Shown here in pieces: positions 58,267-64,000 of a DNA stretch of 64,000 bases. The notes below the pieces were generated by a model. That model had not been told where the DNA came from. It saw nothing but the letters and a program-made list of their open reading frames with translations, and made no database searches. Each line of letters opens with the position of its first letter. The stretch's first letter is position 1. The DNA comes from an uncultured Pseudomonadota bacterium (GTDB lineage: Bacteria > Vulcanimicrobiota > Vulcanimicrobiia > Eremiobacterales > Eremiobacteraceae). The stretch spans positions 1,536,001 through 1,600,000 of the forward strand of contig CAVTNB010000001.1 in assembly GCA_963736005.1 (NCBI GenBank), in the 5' to 3' direction. Position numbers and translations under genes: made by a program.

Positions 58267-59235
58267 ATGAAACAAACGACTGCCTCAATGATGAACGCTC
58301 TTGTGGTCGATAGCTATGGCGATCCACGGAATGCCCGCATGGCCGAGGTCGAAACGCCGAAGGCGAAAGATGGTCAATTGCTCGTGCGGATACACGCTGC
58401 GGGCGTCAATCCATTTGACTATAAGTTAATCACCGGAATGGCCAAGGATTGGATGCCTCTCACCTTTCCGTATATTCCTGGCATGGACGGAGCCGGCATC
58501 GTTGCTGACGTGGGCGCCGGTGTGCAAGGTTGGCGCAGCGGCGATGCGCTGCTCGCGCAATTTCCCCGTGGGACGTTTGCACAATATGCAGTGATCTCTG
58601 CTAAGGATAAGAAGCTAGCGAGGAAGCCCGACGCATTAGACTTCGAGCATGCTGCCGCCATTCCCGAGGCGGGGCTAACGGCAAAGACGATGGTGCAAGC
58701 CGCCGGAATACATAAAGGGCAAAAAGTTTTGATTGTGGGTGCGAGCGGCGGTCTTGGACTCTTTGCGACACAATTGGCAAAGGCGGAGGGCGCTTGGGTG
58801 ATCGCGACAGGCACCGCTGCCGATGCTGATTACCTGCGACATCTCGGCGCGGATGTTATTATCGACTACAAATCTGGCGATACTATCGCCCAAACACTTT
58901 CGCGATATCCCGATGGCATCGACGTCGTGCTTGATGTGATTAGTACCGGCGACGCTGTTGTTCGCGACGCCGACGTCCTGCGCGCAGGCGGAACTATCGT
59001 GTCGTCGCTCGGTGGTCCAAGCCAAGACGCTTTCCCCGCGGGCGTGACAGTTCGCTACATTCAGCTAACGGCACAGGATGGCGATCTGGAGGAACTTGCA
59101 AGGCGCGCCGCAGACGGCACACTCCGCATAGAGATTGGGCAGATCTACGCCCTTTCGCAAGCGGCGCAGGCTTTGGCGGACCTGACCGATCCCGCAAAAC
59201 ACACGCGCGGCAAACTCGTCGTTCGCGTTCCGTAA
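58267..59235 (+). CDS. NADP-dependent oxidoreductase (MDR/quinone reductase-like)
   Basis: AAGVNPFD, PGMDGAG, GASGGLG, GKLVV. Confidence 0.9.
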   Translation: MKQTTASMMNALVVDSYGDPRNARMAEVETPKAKDGQLLVRIHAAGVNPFDYKLITGMAKDWMPLTFPYIPGMDGAGIVADVGAGVQGWRSGDALLAQFPRGTFAQYAVISAKDKKLARKPDALDFEHAAAIPEAGLTAKTMVQAAGIHKGQKVLIVGASGGLGLFATQLAKAEGAWVIATGTAADADYLRHLGADVIIDYKSGDTIAQTLSRYPDGIDVVLDVISTGDAVVRDADVLRAGGTIVSSLGGPSQDAFPAGVTVRYIQLTAQDGDLEELARRAADGTLRIEIGQIYALSQAAQALADLTDPAKHTRGKLVVRVP

Positions 59236-59254
59236 GGGTAGCACGAACGCAGCG

Positions 59255-60517
59255 CTAGCCGGTAAGCACGGACTTGAGGGCGCGCACCGTTTCGTCGACT
59301 TCCTCGATCGTGTTGTACTGCGCCAAGCCGATCCGCACGACGCCATCGTCTTCGTCGAGCCCAAGACTGCGCGCCACCTCCAGCGCAAAGTTGTGGCCCG
59401 ACCACACAAAGATGCCGCGTTTGGCAAGTTCGCGCGCAATGTCGGCAGACCGGCGCGAGGAGTGCGTCACCGAAACGGTTGGAACGCGATCCTCCATGTG
59501 GTCTGAGTCGGTGATACCTTGCACGGTGATGCCCGACAAAGCCGTGACACCGTCGATGAGCCGGCTTGTCAGCTCCCGTTCCCAAGTCGTAATCTGCTCG
59601 AACGCATTGACGATGCGTGCTCGCCTGTCTTGTGCAGGCGCGACAAGATTTCCAAGCCACTCAAAGTGCTCAACCGTTGCAATCGCCGCCGCCATCAATT
59701 CCAGTTGAGGAGTGCCAACCTCGAAGCGATCGGGAAGTTTGTCGGGAACCGGCCGGACCTTGTAGGCATACATATCGCGCAGCAAGTCTTCGCGACCCCA
59801 CAGCACCCCCAGGTGCGGACCGTAAAACTTGTAGGCAGAGCATGCCAGAAAATCGCAACCAAGAGCTGACGCGTCAATCAATCGGTGCGGTGCCAATTGG
59901 ACCGCATCGACGTACACCAGCGCTCCAGCCGCCCTGGCTTTGGCCGCCAGTGCCCGAACGTCATTGATCGACCCGGTGAGATTGCTTGCGTAGTTGAGCG
60001 CGACAACGCGGGTGCGCTCCGAGAGAATCGCGTCGAGTGCCTCCGGCTCTATTCGCCACGTGCTGTGATCAAACGGCAACCAGCGCACCACCATGCCGCG
60101 CTCCTCGGCCATCGCGAGCCACGGACCGATGTTGCCCTCGTGATCCATTCGGGTCAAGATCACTTCATCGCCGGGCCGAAATGTACGACCGAGACTGCGC
60201 GAAAACGTGTAGGTCAGACTCGTCATGCTCGGGCCGACGACGATTTCACGTTCGCTCCCAGCGCCGAGGAAGTCAGCGAGCGCACGGTACGCACCGTAAA
60301 ACATTTCGTCGGCTGCCAGGCTCGACGCAAAAAAGCCACCCAGATTTGCGTTGTTGACGCGAAAGAAGTGGTCGATCGCCTCTATCACCCGGCGCGGCAC
60401 TTGCGTGCCAGCCGGATTATCGAGATAGATCCGTGCCTGGCCATTATCGCCAACAGCAAGCGAAGGAAACTCCGCGCGGATCGACTCGATCGGAAACGTA
60501 CTCGTAAAAGACCTCAC
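59255..60517 (-). CDS. Cysteine desulfurase-like protein (class V aminotransferase)
   Basis: YLDNPAGTQVP, DHEGN..PW, DAVQ, SAYKFYGPH, GTP, RIGLAQYN. Confidence 0.88.
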   Translation of the reverse strand: MRSFTSTFPIESIRAEFPSLAVGDNGQARIYLDNPAGTQVPRRVIEAIDHFFRVNNANLGGFFASSLAADEMFYGAYRALADFLGAGSEREIVVGPSMTSLTYTFSRSLGRTFRPGDEVILTRMDHEGNIGPWLAMAEERGMVVRWLPFDHSTWRIEPEALDAILSERTRVVALNYASNLTGSINDVRALAAKARAAGALVYVDAVQLAPHRLIDASALGCDFLACSAYKFYGPHLGVLWGREDLLRDMYAYKVRPVPDKLPDRFEVGTPQLELMAAAIATVEHFEWLGNLVAPAQDRRARIVNAFEQITTWERELTSRLIDGVTALSGITVQGITDSDHMEDRVPTVSVTHSSRRSADIARELAKRGIFVWSGHNFALEVARSLGLDEDDGVVRIGLAQYNTIEEVDETVRALKSVLTG

Positions 60518-60549
60518 TGGACTAACCTCCGGGGTGCAGCCAATTTGCG

Positions 60550-62274
60550 GTGACGGGCGAGGTCGCCTCTAGATCGTTCGTGAATCCTCTTGCTAGCATG
60601 TCAAGGCGCAATGTGCCCACATCATCACGCGCTTCTCGGCAACTGGGTTATCTTGGTGCCGTTGCTGCCCTTGTTGCGGTGCTCGCAGGGTGCACCAAGG
60701 TTCAAACCAGCGTGGGCGGTCACACAGGCAATTCCTGGACAGTGCACGGGGTCTTGCGCGTGGGTTCCTATGAGGACCTTGACACCCTCAACCCGATTCT
60801 TTCCATTCAGCAGTTTGTGAGCGACGTTTCGCAGATGGTGTATTCGGGTTTGATCGATTACGATGACCACGGCAACGCGGTCCCTGACGTTGCACTTGTT
60901 GTGCCGACGGAGGCGAACGGGGGTATCAGCCCCGATGGACGGATAGTCACGTATCACTTGCGCCGCGGCGTAAAGTTCTCCGATGGCGTGCCGTTGACGA
61001 GTGCGGATGTTAAGTATACGTGGCAGCAGATCATGAATCCCAACAACAACGTTGGATACCGCTATCCTTACGACGATGTGGCCTCTATCGACACACCGGA
61101 TGACGCCACCGTCGTCGTGCACCTCAAAGCGCCCCTGGCGGCATTTGTCACGGCGTTCATGTGCAACGGCACTCTCGGCTCCATCGTGCCCAAGCATCTG
61201 CTCGCGCAGTATGCCGACCTCAACCACGTGGCGTTCAACACAAAACCGATTGGGAGCGGCCCATTCGTCGTAGAGCGTTGGGAGCCGGGATCGCTTTTGA
61301 CGCTGCGGGCGAATCCTTTGTATTGGCGCGGGCCGCCCAAGCTCCATAAAATTCTCTACCGGATCATTCCCAATCAAAACACACTGTTGATGAATGTCCT
61401 GGCCCACGATGTTGACCTCTACTACGACGCGCCCGAAGTCCAATTCGCAACTCTCAACAAGCTCAACGGATACCGGGTTACGCACGTGCCCAACATGAAC
61501 TACGAAGAAATCGTCTTCAATTGCGCGCGCTCGCCGTTCACGGACGTTCGAGTGCGCCAAGCAGTTGCATACGCGATTGATTGGCAAGTGCTGGTTCGCG
61601 ACGTTTATTTCGGGCTCGACCCGCCTGGAATGGCAGACACTCCCCCAGCTTCGTGGGCCTACGACCAAAGCGTCCTTCCCTACCCACACGATCTCTCGAA
61701 GGCGCGCGCGCTTCTGCGCGCCGCAGGATGGATTTCTGATTCGAGCGGTGCGGTGGTTCGCAATGGACAGCCGCTACGGGTCGATATGGTCACCGTCGCG
61801 GGCATAACATCACGGGCAAAGGTGGAAGAGCTCGTTCAGCAAGACTTGCGGGCCGTCGGCATCGCGCTCGACATTCACAACTATCCGGCCGATCTAATAT
61901 TTGCCAGCTACGGCTCGGGCGGTATCTTGGCGCGCGGGCAATTCGACCTCGCGCTGTACGGGTGGACATATTCCTATCCGGACCCTGACGACACGGTCAC
62001 CCTTGGACCGGGCGACGTCCCTCCGCATGGAGACAACTATGCGCACTTCGTCGACGCGAAGATTGGGGCATGGCAGCAAGCTGGACAACTCAGCTACGAT
62101 CGGACGAAGCGGCGGCCATACTACGTGCTCATCCAGCACCGCATCCACGACGTCGTGCCGTTTCACACCATCGTCTGGCGTTCCAACTTCGACGCGGTCA
62201 ACACCGACCTGCAGAATTTCAAGCCGGTACCGGTCGTCAGCGACTTTTGGAACTCATGGGAATGGCAGATCTAG
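60550..62274 (+). CDS. Peptide ABC transporter substrate-binding lipoprotein (family 5), no permeases adjacent
   Basis: LAGC lipobox; LRRGVKFSDG.PLTS.DV, PIGSGPF, D.RVRQA; start uncertain (60550 or 60598). Confidence 0.88.
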   Translation: MTGEVASRSFVNPLASMSRRNVPTSSRASRQLGYLGAVAALVAVLAGCTKVQTSVGGHTGNSWTVHGVLRVGSYEDLDTLNPILSIQQFVSDVSQMVYSGLIDYDDHGNAVPDVALVVPTEANGGISPDGRIVTYHLRRGVKFSDGVPLTSADVKYTWQQIMNPNNNVGYRYPYDDVASIDTPDDATVVVHLKAPLAAFVTAFMCNGTLGSIVPKHLLAQYADLNHVAFNTKPIGSGPFVVERWEPGSLLTLRANPLYWRGPPKLHKILYRIIPNQNTLLMNVLAHDVDLYYDAPEVQFATLNKLNGYRVTHVPNMNYEEIVFNCARSPFTDVRVRQAVAYAIDWQVLVRDVYFGLDPPGMADTPPASWAYDQSVLPYPHDLSKARALLRAAGWISDSSGAVVRNGQPLRVDMVTVAGITSRAKVEELVQQDLRAVGIALDIHNYPADLIFASYGSGGILARGQFDLALYGWTYSYPDPDDTVTLGPGDVPPHGDNYAHFVDAKIGAWQQAGQLSYDRTKRRPYYVLIQHRIHDVVPFHTIVWRSNFDAVNTDLQNFKPVPVVSDFWNSWEWQI

Positions 62275-62290
62275 GCAGTTTTCGAATGCT

Positions 62291-62379
62291 AAGATTGGCT
62301 TTGACGTCCGGTTTGACGCCACGGCCAACCCAAAGACTCTTCCGCGGTCGTGGACACCAACGTATGGATATCGGCGCTC
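62291..62379. pseudogene. Fused TA remnants: phd 3' fragment (-) and PIN N-terminal fragment (+)
   Basis: 62291-62347 resembles 53801-53858; 62344 onward reads AVVDTNVWISAL. Confidence 0.55.
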
Positions 62380-62381
62380 CC

Positions 62382-62846
62382 CTACTTGAAGAGGCGCTGA
62401 TCAATCGTCACCGGCTGAGGCCGGCCGACTCTGATCCTGCGAAAAGCGGCGTGCTCGGGATTGAGCAGATAGTTGAGTTCCAAAGGGACGATGGCAGACG
62501 GAACCTTGAGGACGGCCGTCTTCCCTCGTTTGATCCAATCGTCGCCAAATTCGCGCAAGACTTCCACTGGCGGATCGTAACGCTGCCAATGTTTCGGTAG
62601 CCGGGTGAGGGCGACCGTCTCGCTGGTAAGATCGTCAGGAACATCTGCCCAAATGGACATAATCTCCCGCGGCGCATGCAGCAAGCTGGTGTGAACGAGA
62701 TATTCGAGGGTTGCCAGGGCCAGCGTGTCGCTCGTATAGACGACGCGGACGCCGGAACTGTTCCAGCGTCCGCCGGCAAGACGTGCGCCTTCGCCCGTGA
62801 AGGCGTCAGGCAGGCGCCTTCGTCTGACAAGCCGCCAGACCCGCAC
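62382..62846 (-). CDS. RES-domain toxin
   Basis: VWRL..F.GEGA..GGRWN..VY.S..LA.LE..KVPSAIVP.E.NYLLNP.H. Confidence 0.92.
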   Translation of the reverse strand: MRVWRLVRRRRLPDAFTGEGARLAGGRWNSSGVRVVYTSDTLALATLEYLVHTSLLHAPREIMSIWADVPDDLTSETVALTRLPKHWQRYDPPVEVLREFGDDWIKRGKTAVLKVPSAIVPLELNYLLNPEHAAFRRIRVGRPQPVTIDQRLFK

Positions 62847-63259
62847 TAACTGACGCCACCATAGTCGAGGCGAGTGAGCACTTGCTCCACCCGGCGCAAG
62901 CCCGAGTCGGTATCCAAGAATTCGACCGGCGCCTTCCCGCCGAGCGCGACGATGGGATCATGCAACCAGGCGATGACGGCATTGCGCCGGTTCTGAAAGA
63001 CTTCGAGCGCGAGCGTGAGGACGCGCGCGAGGCGCACTGCTCGATCAGATTCAACTGCATTCAACTTGCCTCGGCCACGTTTGCGCGCGAGCGTGCGGCT
63101 CGACACGCCGAGCGCGGCCGCCAGCTGTTGATGGTTCAGCCCGCCAGCTTCCGCCAGGCGCAACGCTGAGGCCGCCGGCAGCCCTTTGCGGGTGACGTCG
63201 ATGAGGTCAGGTTCCTGGCTGACAACTCCGAGAACCCGCGCGATGGATGCATTGGTCAT
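62846..63259 (-). CDS. Xre/MbcA/ParS antitoxin
   Basis: GLP, S.RTL.R, ESDRA.RLARV, WL..P..ALGG..P. Confidence 0.92.
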   Translation of the reverse strand: MTNASIARVLGVVSQEPDLIDVTRKGLPAASALRLAEAGGLNHQQLAAALGVSSRTLARKRGRGKLNAVESDRAVRLARVLTLALEVFQNRRNAVIAWLHDPIVALGGKAPVEFLDTDSGLRRVEQVLTRLDYGGVS

Positions 63260-63265
63260 GTCGCT

Positions 63266-63298
63266 GACAATTGTCCCATGAATTTAGACAATTGTCAA
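63266..63298 (-). promoter_or_regulatory. Promoter with two operator palindromes for the Xre-RES operon
   Basis: GACAATTGTC twice, overlapping TTGACA-N17-GACAAT. Confidence 0.7.
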
Positions 63299-63340
63299 GT
63301 CGACGACGAACATATGACATCCCTTCTTGCGTCAGGGTTT

Positions 63341-63365
63341 CGCGCCTGCCACGAAGGCAGGCGCG
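63341..63365. repeat. GCGCCTGC-N-GCAGGCGC hairpin repeat
   Basis: Related copies at 48866, 53701, 54999, 56892, 57841. Confidence 0.65.
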
Positions 63366-63393
63366 GGTGAGAGCATCTTGACAACCGAACGTT

Positions 63394-63807
63394 TTGAAAT
63401 CTCGATGTGATTTAACGGAGATCATTATGACGGGCAAAGCGAGCGGGTTCGGTGCACTTGTTTTGTTTTCAGCGAACCTCGATCGCGCGGTTGCATTCTA
63501 TCGGGCAATTGGCATACCGCTCGACACAGAGCAGCACGACGACGGACCTCCGCACTATGCGTGCGAGCTGGGCGACACGCATTTCGCTGTTTTCCCCGCG
63601 CCGACGGGCACCGCACCCCCCTACCGCGCTGGTGGTTGTACCTTTCCAGGTTTCGTGGTCGAATCGGTGGTGGAGTCTCTCAATGCTGCGAGGTTGCTTG
63701 AGGCGCCCGTCCGACAAGAGCCCGAGCACTACGCATGGGGACTACGTGCGGTCATCGAGGATCCGGACGGCCGCCCCATTGAGATCTTCGAGCGACCTAC
63801 CCCTTGA
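63394..63807 (+). CDS. VOC/glyoxalase-family protein
   Basis: AFY.A.G, HYA, WG.RAV..DPDGR..E; start may be ATG 63428. Confidence 0.85.
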   Translation: MKSRCDLTEIIMTGKASGFGALVLFSANLDRAVAFYRAIGIPLDTEQHDDGPPHYACELGDTHFAVFPAPTGTAPPYRAGGCTFPGFVVESVVESLNAARLLEAPVRQEPEHYAWGLRAVIEDPDGRPIEIFERPTP

Positions 63808-64000
63808 TGAGCGATTCCATTTGTGATGCGGCCTCCCGCTGAAGAGTGGGGACGGCGCGGGTGTAGACATCAAGCGTCATCTGAGCGCTGGAGTGGCCGA
63901 GGCGCTCAGATACCACCTTCACATTGATGCCGCTCGAAAGAGCGAGTGTAGCGGAAGTGTGCCTGAGGTCGTGAAATCGGACGCGCGTGATACCAGCTTC
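63797..64000 (-). mobile_element. Tyrosine recombinase/integrase, C-terminal part (runs off the window)
   Basis: RFHDLRHTSATL..G.NVKVVSERLGHSS..MTLDVY: HxxR, H and catalytic Y motifs. Confidence 0.9.

Noticed and set aside
36000..63800. Integron cassette array
   Set aside because: No convincing attC sites by eye, genes in mixed orientation with their own promoters, and the visible integrase part looks phage/ICE-type; IntegronFinder would settle it

Overview
GC-rich bacterial window with two distinct halves. Positions ~1-35.3 kb look like core chromosome: aldehyde dehydrogenase, thiolase, acpS, nnr, ligA, uvrA, a CDP-sugar/glycosyltransferase cluster, uvrB and prs-rplY-pth, interspersed with several families of GTAG-type REP palindromes. 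Positions ~35.9-64 kb form an accessory, island-like mosaic that ends in a tyrosine integrase C-terminus at the window edge. This half holds 7 apparently intact toxin-antitoxin pairs, 2 pairs whose toxin is pseudogenised, several TA remnants, two large ATPase-TPR regulators and a different hairpin repeat. The most striking unannotated feature is at 55.1-55.3 kb. A 66-nt tRNA-like gene has an Ala-type G3-U70/A73 acceptor, a perfect T arm, a reduced D arm and a CUC anticodon-position loop. Next to it is a separately promoted and terminated ~49-nt sRNA whose first 17 nt are complementary to the D/anticodon region, making this a candidate RNA-RNA toxin-antitoxin or tRNA-mimic control module. Also noted: a duplicated structured ncRNA candidate with compensatory base changes, a 52-aa lipopeptide ORF divergent from a LuxR-TPR regulator, and several pseudo-enzymes. 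All product calls come from motif recognition by eye; no database searches were run.
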